Source of the DNA: an uncultured virus (IMG/VR IMGVR_UViG_3300021960_000024)
Lineage: Duplodnaviria > Heunggongvirae > Uroviricota > Caudoviricetes
DNA: 64,000 nucleotides
Virus record (IMG/VR): IMGVR_UViG_3300021960_000024
Reading direction: 5' to 3' (one strand)
Made by a program: the position numbers and the translations under genes. Below the pieces are notes generated by a model. It searched no databases. It saw nothing but the letters and a program-made list of their open reading frames with translations, and had not been told where the DNA came from. How positions within the stretch are numbered: the first letter of the stretch is position 1; each line of letters starts with the position of its first letter. This document shows, one piece after another, positions 46,674 to 55,738 of this stretch.

Positions 46674-46747
46674 GCTGGTATAGTTAAACGGTATAACGAG
46701 GGTTTTGTAAACCTTAATTGAGAGTTCGATTCTTTCTACCAGCACCA
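46674..46747 (+). tRNA. trnT: tRNA-Thr(TGT)
   Basis: Acceptor GCTGGTA/TACCAGC, anticodon arm AGGGT-TTTGTAA-ACCTT, T loop TTCGATT, encoded CCA. Confidence 0.92.
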
Positions 46748-46760
46748 TTTTGGAGATATT

Positions 46761-47426
46761 ATGAAAGTAAGAATGACATCACATTCTACACCAGATAACA
46801 TTATTGGTGTAGATGACGCACAGGAACTCATCGCATATTGTGCGAGGGTATCCAATCCCGGTAACCAGAACAACAAGATCACCAGCGAGAAGCTTATCAA
46901 GTATCTCATCAAGCATAAGCACTGGTCACCCCTAGAGATGGTTAGTGCATGTTTGGAGATTGAGACAACGAGGGACATTGCTCGTCAGATTCTACGACAC
47001 CGATCTTTTTCGTTTCAAGAGTTCAGCCAGCGGTATGCAGACCCTACCAAGGATTTGTCATTTGAGACTAGGGATGCACGTTTGCAAGACCCTAAGAACA
47101 GGCAGAACAGTATCGATCTGAGTGAGGACAACCGCCGACTGAATGAAGATTTTCGAATGAGACAGACGGAGATTATCCGACAAGCTAAAAAGGTCTATGA
47201 GTGGGCCATTTATAATGGTATTGCCAAGGAACAGGCTCGTGCAGTTCTTCCAGAGGGCAACACAGTGTCCCGACTATACATGAACGGTACACTACGCTCA
47301 TGGGTACACTACATTGACCTACGGAGTGCGAATGGTACACAGAAGGAACATCAGGATATTGCGATTGCATGTGCTCGTGAGATTGCAAAGATTTTCCCCC
47401 TCATGACGGATATCAGTAATGTCTAA
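46761..47426 (+). CDS. thyX: Flavin-dependent thymidylate synthase
   Basis: HWSPLE, RHRSFSFQEFSQRY, EQARAVLP. Confidence 0.95.
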   Translation: MKVRMTSHSTPDNIIGVDDAQELIAYCARVSNPGNQNNKITSEKLIKYLIKHKHWSPLEMVSACLEIETTRDIARQILRHRSFSFQEFSQRYADPTKDLSFETRDARLQDPKNRQNSIDLSEDNRRLNEDFRMRQTEIIRQAKKVYEWAIYNGIAKEQARAVLPEGNTVSRLYMNGTLRSWVHYIDLRSANGTQKEHQDIAIACAREIAKIFPLMTDISNV

Positions 47427-48204
47427 GGCAGTAGTAATTGGTAATGGTGAGTCACGCAAGTGGTTCGGTGATAAACAGTATGAGGTGGATGCTGTCACAT
47501 GGGGTTGCAATGCAATCTGGCGTGATGTGATGGTGGACAACCTTGTTGCAGTTGACTATGGTATGCAGCAGGAGATTTACGAATCCAACAATTGGAGAGA
47601 TATTCAGTGCTGGTTTGCAAACTGGACAGTCCTTCCTGCTGATGTAGCAGACATGATGCTTATGGGGTATGACATTCCAGAGACATTCATTCACAAGACA
47701 ACAGGCATTACAGACCGTTGTGTAATATCAGGTAAAGACCCTGTGGGACTCAGTGAAAGGATTGAATCTGCAATTCAACAGTTTCCCCACCTTGATATGA
47801 AAGACCTTCAGATGAAGCTGGAGAAGGATGTTGGACTTTGGATTACATATGTCTATGAGGATGACAACATAAATACGATTGACTTTCCTATTGGATGGTC
47901 AGCGGGTAACACCGCTATGCACCTTGCATGTCAGCAGGGTGCAACAGAGATTTATATATTGGGGTTTGACCTATCATCATATGATGAGCCGTTGAACAAC
48001 ATATATAAAGGGACAGATAATTATCTGCCCAGTGATGCAAGAGGTTTTAATCCAGTGAACTGGCAGAACCAAATGCAAACTGTTTTTAGAGAGTTCAAGG
48101 ATGTTCAGTTTTCTTGGGTAGATGCCAAAGAGGAATTTATTCAAGAAAATAATCTAAGTTACTTGACAAAAGCAGATTTTTGTGATAAAGTGGTAACACT
48201 ATAA
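47419..48204 (+). CDS. Conserved Rossmann-like hypothetical enzyme
   Basis: VVIGNGESR, GCNA, WSAG, IYILGFD. Confidence 0.55.
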   Translation: MSKAVVIGNGESRKWFGDKQYEVDAVTWGCNAIWRDVMVDNLVAVDYGMQQEIYESNNWRDIQCWFANWTVLPADVADMMLMGYDIPETFIHKTTGITDRCVISGKDPVGLSERIESAIQQFPHLDMKDLQMKLEKDVGLWITYVYEDDNINTIDFPIGWSAGNTAMHLACQQGATEIYILGFDLSSYDEPLNNIYKGTDNYLPSDARGFNPVNWQNQMQTVFREFKDVQFSWVDAKEEFIQENNLSYLTKADFCDKVVTL

Positions 48205-48243
48205 ACATACGAAATCGCATATATTTACATAAGGAGAATACAT

Positions 48244-49128
48244 ATGTCGTTAAGTGCGCTCAAGAAGTCCAATTCGTTGGACAAACTGCTTGGTGCAGTC
48301 CAAGCAGAAAACGCCCCCCAAGATAAGAAGTCCTATCAGGATGACCGCCTCTGGAAACCTACGATGGATAAGACCGGCAACGGTTATGCTGTTATTCGTT
48401 TCCTACCCGCAGTAGAGGGTGAGGATATGCCTTGGGCAAAGGTCTGGAACCATGCGTTTCAAGGCCCTACTGGACAGTGGTATATTGAGAACTCTCTCAC
48501 CACCATTGGACAGAATGATCCCGTATCAGAGATGAACTCTGCATATTGGAACTCTGGTGTTGAGTCTGACAAGGAGATTGCCCGTAAACAGAAGCGTAAG
48601 TTGCAGTACTTTGCCAACATCTATGTTGTGCAAGACCCTGCGAATCCTCAGAACGAGGGTAAGGTTATGCTTTATCGTTTCGGTAAGAAAATCTTTGACA
48701 AGTGCATGGAAGCAATGCAGCCTGCATTCCAAGATGAAAGTCCTGTCAATCCCTTCGATTTCTGGGAAGGTGCGAACTTCAAGTTGAAGCTTCGTATGGT
48801 TGATGGTTACTGGAACTATGACAAGTCTGAGTTTGAAGCACCAAGTCCGTTGTTTGATGATGATGACAAGCTGGAAGAGCTTTGGAAGACGCAGTATCCT
48901 CTATCAGAGTTTACTGGGGAATCTAACTTCAAGTCCTACGATGAACTGAAGAAGCGTTTGGATATGGTTCTTTCTGGGACTACCACAGTAGGTAAGGCAA
49001 CAGAGGTGATGGAAGATGCACCTTGGGCTGAACCTAAAGTAGATACAAAACCTACTCCAGCGCCTACTGTTGATACTGATGATGATGGGGACACAATGTC
49101 CTACTTTGAAAAGTTGGCAAACGAGTAA
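48244..49128 (+). CDS. gp32: Single-stranded DNA-binding protein (T4 gp32)
   Basis: GNGYAVIRFLP, WYIENSLTT, PFDFWEGANFKLK, NYDKSEF, acidic tail. Confidence 0.95.
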   Translation: MSLSALKKSNSLDKLLGAVQAENAPQDKKSYQDDRLWKPTMDKTGNGYAVIRFLPAVEGEDMPWAKVWNHAFQGPTGQWYIENSLTTIGQNDPVSEMNSAYWNSGVESDKEIARKQKRKLQYFANIYVVQDPANPQNEGKVMLYRFGKKIFDKCMEAMQPAFQDESPVNPFDFWEGANFKLKLRMVDGYWNYDKSEFEAPSPLFDDDDKLEELWKTQYPLSEFTGESNFKSYDELKKRLDMVLSGTTTVGKATEVMEDAPWAEPKVDTKPTPAPTVDTDDDGDTMSYFEKLANE

Positions 49129-49130
49129 GA

Positions 49131-49162
49131 GAAAGGGGGAACTTCGGTTCCCCCTTTTTTTA
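49131..49162. terminator. Bidirectional intrinsic terminator
   Basis: AAAGGGGGAAC-TTCG-GTTCCCCCTTTTTTT between convergent genes. Confidence 0.9.
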
Positions 49163-49167
49163 TATTT

Positions 49168-51090
49168 TTAGTAAACCTCTCCATAATGGTGGATTCCGCC
49201 ATTTGGAAAACGTGCATACATAGGAACTTGCGGCGGGATGGTTACGCTATTGTGGTTTCCTCCAACCGAGGTTGAATTCACAACAGTGGTGTCAGAACCT
49301 CTTGGAGTATCATTCAGTGTCTTCAATTGTTCAGTGTTGTTCCTCAATTCATCGTTAAGCTCTGGAAGTATGGAACTTGGGTCTTTGATTTGACTCTTAC
49401 GAAGGTTGATCAAGGATTTTCGGACATCTTGAAAGCCCAGCATAAGTTCACGCTCATCCTTTTTATCTATACCTGCTCTAAACGCCGTTGAACTTGACTG
49501 GCCGGAAAACTTTGATTTACCGCCACTACGAATTGATTGGAACGCACTCTGTTCCTCAAGTCGCAAGAGCTTCAAAAATGCACTCTTCTTCTCCGCATCT
49601 AAAGCTTGAAATTCCTTACCAAGCAATTTTGATGAAACACCACCAAATAATTCTTTCAATTGGCCAAGTCGATTTTCCGCACTTCCCTCGAAATGTGTTG
49701 CGGAGATTGCCTCTTTAAATGACTTAGCTATAATAGCCCGAATTTCTGCTGGGCTGCCACCATATACCGCTGCATCCACCGGGGGTTTCTGTTCTAATCT
49801 CTTTTTGACTGCATCGGCAATTATCCTCTGCGCTTCGTTCGCTTTTCTCAGCTGTTCTCTGGCCCGTGGATCATCTGCCCGCTGCTGGCTCCTTTTTCTC
49901 GCTATCTCATCGACGACCTCCTTCCGCCTCTGTTGCTCTGCAGGCGTTTGTTTATCTATATCCTTTATTGCGTCGTTTAATATTTTTGTTTCTGCTTTCG
50001 CCGACCGATCATGAAACCAGTCTATAGCTACGCTTAGTCCATACATCGCCAAGGCCGCCGCAGTAAGACCACCGCCCAACAATCCCAGTCTTCCGAGCAA
50101 ACCAAGTTTAGATGCCTTTGATCCCAATGATGTTGCGGCTTGTCCTGCTGATCCTGCTAAAGTGTCGGTTGCACCTTTGAAAAATAACTTTTTGGCCAGA
50201 GCTCTGATGCCCATTCCAGCAAGTGTAGTGGCCGCCCTTGGACCATAGTAAAGTGCCAGTGCAGTTGCAATTACTCCCCCCACCCCAAATTGTTCATCCA
50301 TAAATTCAAAGAGACTTCTAATTCTTTTGAAACCAGACTCTATTATTCCTGCTACCGTATTCCAATATGGACTCTCTATTAGTTTCGCAAGAGCATATAT
50401 TGCACCCGCACCAAGTAAAGCAAGAAATCCAGCTTTACCTGCTAATTTTGCCGTTTTAAGTATTCCCCCAAGGAAGCCGGTAATTTTACCAAACTGATTT
50501 TTAAAGAATCCATCCCTCCTCTTTTCTTTACTCTCTTTCTCTTTTTCTTCTGACTTTCTCTGTGCTGCGGTCAGCCCTTTGGTAGCAAGAGATTTCATTC
50601 CACTGCCGATCTTCTTGATACCACCACCAAGTTCTTTAAACATATCACCCAGACCTACTTTGAACCCCTGTGTTAATGCCTTTGGAGTAAGAGCTTGCAA
50701 CATTAACTTGAAATCTGATGGTAAAGATTTCTCAGCGCTGATATCACTTGCTTTTTCGGAAAATGCATTGAAACCTGATTTTGGTATGGCAAGGCCAAGA
50801 GTTTTTAAAGGTTCTTTTATATCACCTATGAGTTTTTGTGTTGTTTCTTCACGCTTGGCGGCTTTCTCATCTTCCTTCTTAATTAGAGTATCGGTAGCTT
50901 CATCACGCTTTTTTTCCTCTTCCCACTGTGCAATTTGCCGCTGTGTATTGAGAGTATCGGACAAGATTTCTGGTAGAGCGTTCTTGATTATGTCAGCCTT
51001 GGTGTCATCCTGCTCATTGTCTGAGTGAAGTTTATCCAGTTTTTTATTAGTATCTTTTAAAAGAGATGCTACAATTGAGAGATCAGCCAT
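49168..51090 (-). CDS. Tape-measure / baseplate hub-like protein
   Basis: Long helical Ala/Gly/Lys-rich protein with hydrophobic stretches; follows gp26/gp51-like genes. Confidence 0.55.
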   Translation of the reverse strand: MADLSIVASLLKDTNKKLDKLHSDNEQDDTKADIIKNALPEILSDTLNTQRQIAQWEEEKKRDEATDTLIKKEDEKAAKREETTQKLIGDIKEPLKTLGLAIPKSGFNAFSEKASDISAEKSLPSDFKLMLQALTPKALTQGFKVGLGDMFKELGGGIKKIGSGMKSLATKGLTAAQRKSEEKEKESKEKRRDGFFKNQFGKITGFLGGILKTAKLAGKAGFLALLGAGAIYALAKLIESPYWNTVAGIIESGFKRIRSLFEFMDEQFGVGGVIATALALYYGPRAATTLAGMGIRALAKKLFFKGATDTLAGSAGQAATSLGSKASKLGLLGRLGLLGGGLTAAALAMYGLSVAIDWFHDRSAKAETKILNDAIKDIDKQTPAEQQRRKEVVDEIARKRSQQRADDPRAREQLRKANEAQRIIADAVKKRLEQKPPVDAAVYGGSPAEIRAIIAKSFKEAISATHFEGSAENRLGQLKELFGGVSSKLLGKEFQALDAEKKSAFLKLLRLEEQSAFQSIRSGGKSKFSGQSSSTAFRAGIDKKDERELMLGFQDVRKSLINLRKSQIKDPSSILPELNDELRNNTEQLKTLNDTPRGSDTTVVNSTSVGGNHNSVTIPPQVPMYARFPNGGIHHYGEVY

Positions 51091-51100
51091 GACTTATTCC

Positions 51101-51433
51101 TTACTTCTTAGGTTTGCTGAGTGCTTGTGCGCCAAAGAAAGCTGCGACGATACCGGCAACTGCGATGAAATACACACCCGCCATATCACCAAGAATCTTT
51201 GCTGCTTGATCCATATTGAAGACTGTTGCAAGGACTACGATAATAGGATACAACAACATACCACCAAGAGAGTACCATGCCATTGTGCGCTGTGCATCAC
51301 GCATTGCATCTGCATCCTCAAGTTCCTTACGTTTGAACTCAAGCCACATATCATGTTCTTCTGGGTCAACCTTACCATCGCCATTCGTATCTGCTGGATG
51401 ATGACCTGATGCTTTAATTTCTTCTTCGCCCAT
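51101..51433 (-). CDS. Two-TM membrane protein with a DxNxDG loop
   Basis: DTNGDGKVD; RBS AGGAGG; two TM helices. Confidence 0.6.
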   Translation of the reverse strand: MGEEEIKASGHHPADTNGDGKVDPEEHDMWLEFKRKELEDADAMRDAQRTMAWYSLGGMLLYPIIVVLATVFNMDQAAKILGDMAGVYFIAVAGIVAAFFGAQALSKPKK

Positions 51434-51437
51434 TTGA

Positions 51438-51584
51438 TTACCTCCTTTGTCTTGCAAGTTCTTTTTCTTGGTGTGCTTTCTCATCCTCAAGGTGTTTTAT
51501 CAACAATCCAATATATACTTCTCTCTCCCACGGTAACATATCTTCTAACTCAGTTAAACTATATTTATGGTGTTGCATCATCAT
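51438..51584 (-). CDS. gp51-like small baseplate hub assembly protein (probably a frameshift extension of gp26)
   Basis: MMMQHHKYSLTELEDMLPWEREVYIGLL. Confidence 0.7.
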   Translation of the reverse strand: MMMQHHKYSLTELEDMLPWEREVYIGLLIKHLEDEKAHQEKELARQRR

Positions 51585-51628
51585 AAAATTTGTCTTGTAG
51601 TAATTTACTACGCTGTCGTGAGCCAGCG

Positions 51629-52336
51629 CTACCCTAAAAAACTTTCTAAGCCCTCCAACAATAATTCACTTTTCTTTTTTGTCTTTGGGTTAACTATATC
51701 AATAACGTGTCTCAGTTTTGGCATTGTCTGGAAAAAATTTACAACAGATTCTAGTTGAACTGTATTGAAAGAATCGATGAACTCAACAATCTCATCATAA
51801 GTCATATCAATTCTCTGAATAAGTTCTTCTCCACTCTGAACACTTTCAATACAACTATAAATCATCTGCATCGTCTGCTCAAATTCTCCTACATCATTGT
51901 TTAAGCTTTCAAAGTCTTTCATCATTGGATATCGAAAATTGAGAACAATATCGTCTGTAAGTTTAATACTTTTCGAATGTTCTAAATTCATCTGAATGTT
52001 AATTTCATTCAAATTAATCTCAACCTTAACTCTTGTTTCATCATCATCTGGACAGGTAACTTCAAGTTCTACCTGTTCACCAACAGACTTTGCTCTAATT
52101 TGTAGAAAAATATATTCTATATCAAACATTGGAGATGTTGTCGCATCCACTGATTGAAATGTGCAGTCGGATACCAATCTGGCTATTGATGAAGCAATCT
52201 GTTTTTCATCATTAGATTCTTCAGCAATCATCAGAATCTTTTGTTCTCTGACCAAGAATGGTCTAAATTTAACTTCCTCCTGTGTCGATGGTACTGTTAG
52301 TGTGTATTCATTAGTCTTTAGTTTAGGTAATGCCAT
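51629..52336 (-). CDS. gp26: Baseplate hub assembly protein (gp26-like)
   Basis: MALPK, FRPFLVREQKIL, FDIEYIFLQIRAKSVGE, FFQTMPKL. Confidence 0.85.
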   Translation of the reverse strand: MALPKLKTNEYTLTVPSTQEEVKFRPFLVREQKILMIAEESNDEKQIASSIARLVSDCTFQSVDATTSPMFDIEYIFLQIRAKSVGEQVELEVTCPDDDETRVKVEINLNEINIQMNLEHSKSIKLTDDIVLNFRYPMMKDFESLNNDVGEFEQTMQMIYSCIESVQSGEELIQRIDMTYDEIVEFIDSFNTVQLESVVNFFQTMPKLRHVIDIVNPKTKKKSELLLEGLESFLG

Positions 52337-52353
52337 AATATTTCATCCTTTAA

Positions 52354-53016
52354 TTATCCTAGTTTACTTAACACCCTCGGTATGTTTGCATTGATTGATC
52401 TTTCTGCACCCGATATCACTGTATCAAGAACCTTCTCTAGAAGATTTGGTGGTTGGTTATTAATGTCAAGGGTCTGCCAATATCTATAGTTCATAGTGAT
52501 AGGTATTCGTAAAACATCTGAGGCAGGGGTAGAACTCAGTGATGACGGCCCAATTGATTCTGGATACGCCTCAAATAATCGAATTCCAAAACGTCGAGTA
52601 TTCTGCTGATCCAGAACATAGATATCAACTTCCTTGATATAGTTCTTGTAGTAACCAACTTCCCATCTACCGACATCCCACATTTCTTCTTGCCACTTCT
52701 CAAAAAATACTCTTTCTGAAAGATCACTACTTGCATAAAAAGACATTGCGACTGCGCCTGCAAAGGACATTCCTTTAACCTGTTCTGACTGAATGCCATA
52801 TTGCGAGATATTAGTTTCTTTCGTTACAGCACGCCCCGGCAGTTCTATTGATTCGCAATTCATAGAAACCTTCCTAGCATCCCCTGCACCGGGAGATGTG
52901 ATAATAACCTCATACCGACTTGGGAGTGCATATCCATTTTCACCGTGAAACTCTGACAGGAAATTGTTTAATACGCCAAATGCGGTTGATTCTACAAAAC
53001 TTGCTAGTGTTGCCAT
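52354..53016 (-). CDS. Tail tube initiator / tube-like protein (gp54-like)
   Basis: RYEV, CESIELPG, FFEKW, LFEAYP; synteny. Confidence 0.6.
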   Translation of the reverse strand: MATLASFVESTAFGVLNNFLSEFHGENGYALPSRYEVIITSPGAGDARKVSMNCESIELPGRAVTKETNISQYGIQSEQVKGMSFAGAVAMSFYASSDLSERVFFEKWQEEMWDVGRWEVGYYKNYIKEVDIYVLDQQNTRRFGIRLFEAYPESIGPSSLSSTPASDVLRIPITMNYRYWQTLDINNQPPNLLEKVLDTVISGAERSINANIPRVLSKLG

Positions 53017-53573
53017 TAGATCATTGCCCTCGAATCTTTCCACACCTCTGATGCAGATGCCTTCTTAAACCTTTGCACGGGTAGTAGGGTTGCAATCGTA
53101 AATTCATCTGCATCAATCCTACGAAACTGTGACTTGGTTTGTCCAGCAAGGTATTTGTGTATGGTTGGTCTGATAAGTCGAACACCCTTTAACTTCTGGT
53201 AGTCAACAATTAGCCGAGTAGACTCATCAAATGCGGTGTTGTTAGAGAAATCCACCAAACGGTCAAGTAACTTGATCCTCAGTGGAATAGGTAGGTAGTG
53301 AAAATTGATACCCAGAAATCCATCTGAATATGTCTCTAGTGGCAACACCAGTGGAAATGTGTCATAGTATGGTAGGGTTTTCTTGAACTTTGGGTCATAC
53401 ATAAACATATTCAATTTACCATAGAACGGCTTGTTGTTCCTCTTACCATCCCGTAAGAGGTCAAGTGAACTTGGTGTGCCCAATTCTTTGATCTTTTCTC
53501 TATACCATGCAGTTGACTTTGGGCGACCTTTCGCCTCATCCTTAACTGCTTGCATGTATTTACTAATTGCCAT
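53016..53573 (-). CDS. gp2: DNA end protector protein (T4 gp2)
   Basis: MFMYDPKFK..LPYYDTFPLV, GINFHYLP. Confidence 0.88.
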   Translation of the reverse strand: MAISKYMQAVKDEAKGRPKSTAWYREKIKELGTPSSLDLLRDGKRNNKPFYGKLNMFMYDPKFKKTLPYYDTFPLVLPLETYSDGFLGINFHYLPIPLRIKLLDRLVDFSNNTAFDESTRLIVDYQKLKGVRLIRPTIHKYLAGQTKSQFRRIDADEFTIATLLPVQRFKKASASEVWKDSRAMI

Positions 53574-53577
53574 ATAT

Positions 53578-54021
53578 CTATTTATACGAAATACCTAGAT
53601 GATCTTCAGTTAAAATCTTGAACTCCATACCATTATCTGCACACCATTCTGTTGCATATCGCCATTTAGCATCATTCACACCATAGGTTATAACCTCGTT
53701 CATCCATCGTCTGGTGCGTCTCTTGGGTTCCTTGGGTGGTTTGCACTGCACCTTGGGTTTAACCTCTATGATCATCTTCTTGATTTGACCATCAGCCTGT
53801 TTGACCTTGATGTAGAAATCTGGAAAGTATCTGTGCATACGCCCATCCTTGGGTGATAAATAGGGTATAATGATCTCTTCACTACCCCATTCAATTATGG
53901 ATGTGCTGTTGTCACAGTATACCATAAACTTACGTTCCCAGAGAGAACGATAAATTATGTTCTGTGGATCACCCTTATATTTTTTCGGATTGATCGGCGT
54001 ATATCGACCTTTGTATGACAT
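53578..54021 (-). CDS. gp4: Head completion nuclease (T4 gp4)
   Basis: YRSLWE, WGSEE, HRYFPDF, IEVKP, FKILTE. Confidence 0.92.
   Translation of the reverse strand: MSYKGRYTPINPKKYKGDPQNIIYRSLWERKFMVYCDNSTSIIEWGSEEIIIPYLSPKDGRMHRYFPDFYIKVKQADGQIKKMIIEVKPKVQCKPPKEPKRRTRRWMNEVITYGVNDAKWRYATEWCADNGMEFKILTEDHLGISYK
53579..53586 (-). promoter_or_regulatory. T4 late promoter
   Basis: TATAAATA on the minus strand. Confidence 0.7.
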
Positions 54022-54025
54022 TCGT

Positions 54026-54033
54026 TATAAATA
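54026..54033 (+). promoter_or_regulatory. T4 late promoter
   Basis: TATAAATA. Confidence 0.75.
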
Positions 54034-54062
54034 GTTCCATCAGTGTATAAGGATATTTAGAC

Positions 54063-55190
54063 ATGGCATTAAGAGACGCTTTTGTAAACATAGCAAAGAA
54101 TGCAGCGGCTAGTGCTGCATCAGGTTTGGTCAGTGGAGCTGCTAGTAGTCTAAGATCAGGGTTGGGTGGTTCATCGTCCAGTTCTACATCTAGTCCTCTA
54201 CAAAGTTCATTTAATGCAAAGGCGAAACCAATTCTCATGTATCCAGCTGGACTAGGAACAGATGGTCGCAATTTGAATTACATAATGTTTACACCTATGT
54301 CAGTAGCTCACACTAAATTGAAAAAGAATCTTGGCAAAGGCCCTAACGTGACCGCCCTATTGAACCGAGACGCTGACCAAGGGGGCGGCGGCAACGAATC
54401 TCTTGAGGCTGTACAAGCCAAGGATGTAGCCCTTCGAGCTCAATCTGCTGGTGTTGGGAAGACAAGTTCAATTTATTTGAACAGTCGTGAATTCACCACT
54501 ACCAAAATTCAGAGAACCATAGCATTATATATGCCACCACAATTAAATGTATCATATGGAATGGAATATGCAGAATCAGAGATCAGTGGGTTTTCATCTG
54601 TACTCTATGGTCTTTTTAAGACTTATCAATCAACTGGTGAGCTAGATATCAAAGGACTTCAATCAGGCGAAGCCGCAGAAGTTTTAACACAACAAGCAGC
54701 AAAGATTGTTAACGGTATTCCCGGTCTTAGTGGTGCGAAAGACCTTATCGCAATGGAACGGGGTAAAATTGCAACACCTAAGATGGAACTCATGTTTAGA
54801 GGTGTTTCACGCCGAGAGTTCTCTTTTGCATTTACCTTTTTACCTGAAGATAAACAGGATGCTCAGACCGTACAGGAAATAATTAGAGAATTTAAAATAG
54901 GAATGCATCCAGAATTTGATGCTAACGCTGGTTCAAGATCACAAAAAATTCCTGATATATTCGAAATTGCATACCATCACACAATGGGTCCAAATTTAAA
55001 TTTGCACAGGATAGGAAAGTGTTTTCTGAAAAAAATGGATGTCACTTACGGCGGTGATCAATTCCAAACATTCAAGAGTGATGGCGATGACTACAACGGT
55101 GCCCCTGTTAAAACAACAATATCATTGACTTTTGGTGAAATTACACTTATTGACAAGAATATGGTTTCGCCACAGGTCGGGGGGTACTAA
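54063..55190 (+). CDS. gp48: Baseplate tail tube cap (gp48-like)
   Basis: IALYMP, ELMFRGVSRREFSFAF, CFLKKMDVTY; synteny. Confidence 0.75.
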   Translation: MALRDAFVNIAKNAAASAASGLVSGAASSLRSGLGGSSSSSTSSPLQSSFNAKAKPILMYPAGLGTDGRNLNYIMFTPMSVAHTKLKKNLGKGPNVTALLNRDADQGGGGNESLEAVQAKDVALRAQSAGVGKTSSIYLNSREFTTTKIQRTIALYMPPQLNVSYGMEYAESEISGFSSVLYGLFKTYQSTGELDIKGLQSGEAAEVLTQQAAKIVNGIPGLSGAKDLIAMERGKIATPKMELMFRGVSRREFSFAFTFLPEDKQDAQTVQEIIREFKIGMHPEFDANAGSRSQKIPDIFEIAYHHTMGPNLNLHRIGKCFLKKMDVTYGGDQFQTFKSDGDDYNGAPVKTTISLTFGEITLIDKNMVSPQVGGY

Positions 55191-55191
55191 G

Positions 55192-55734
55192 GTGTATTTT
55201 TCTCAATTCCCTGCGATTGTATATGACTCTGTTGGTAACGGTGACTATAAGGTAGTTACGCATCTACTCAAACGTGTTGCCTTACACAGTAAAGCAAAAT
55301 CTGTGAGTGGACTTTACGACACCTATGATGTTAGGAACGGTGAGACACCAGAGATGATTGCACACAAGTTTTATGGTGAAGCAGATTATCATTGGGTGAT
55401 CCTGTTAGTCAATAACATCACAGACAGGTATCACCAGTGGCCAATGAACACTCGACAGTTTCTTGCACACCTTGCTGAGAGGTATGACAATGTGGATGCA
55501 GTGCATCACTATGAGATTTATCAGGAGTCGGGTGATACCAATGTGAAAATCAATATTGGAACTAGCAATGTAGATACAGATGGTAATACGATTGCAGATG
55601 CAACACTGATCACAAACAGAGAATATGAAGAAGAAAAACAGGATGAAATTAGGAAAATACGACTCCTAGACCCAATCTATCTGGAACAATTTGTTAAGGA
55701 TTTTCAGAGGTTGATTTCTAATACAAAGGATTGA
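55192..55734 (+). CDS. gp53: Baseplate wedge protein (gp53)
   Basis: YFSQFP, GETPEMIAHKFYG, WVILLVNNI, VHHYE. Confidence 0.85.
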   Translation: MYFSQFPAIVYDSVGNGDYKVVTHLLKRVALHSKAKSVSGLYDTYDVRNGETPEMIAHKFYGEADYHWVILLVNNITDRYHQWPMNTRQFLAHLAERYDNVDAVHHYEIYQESGDTNVKINIGTSNVDTDGNTIADATLITNREYEEEKQDEIRKIRLLDPIYLEQFVKDFQRLISNTKD

Positions 55735-55738
55735 TTGA

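Noticed and set aside
1139..48732. Numerous minus-strand and nested ORFs in the supplied track
   Set aside because: They are shadows of well-supported plus-strand genes, with no motifs or RBS
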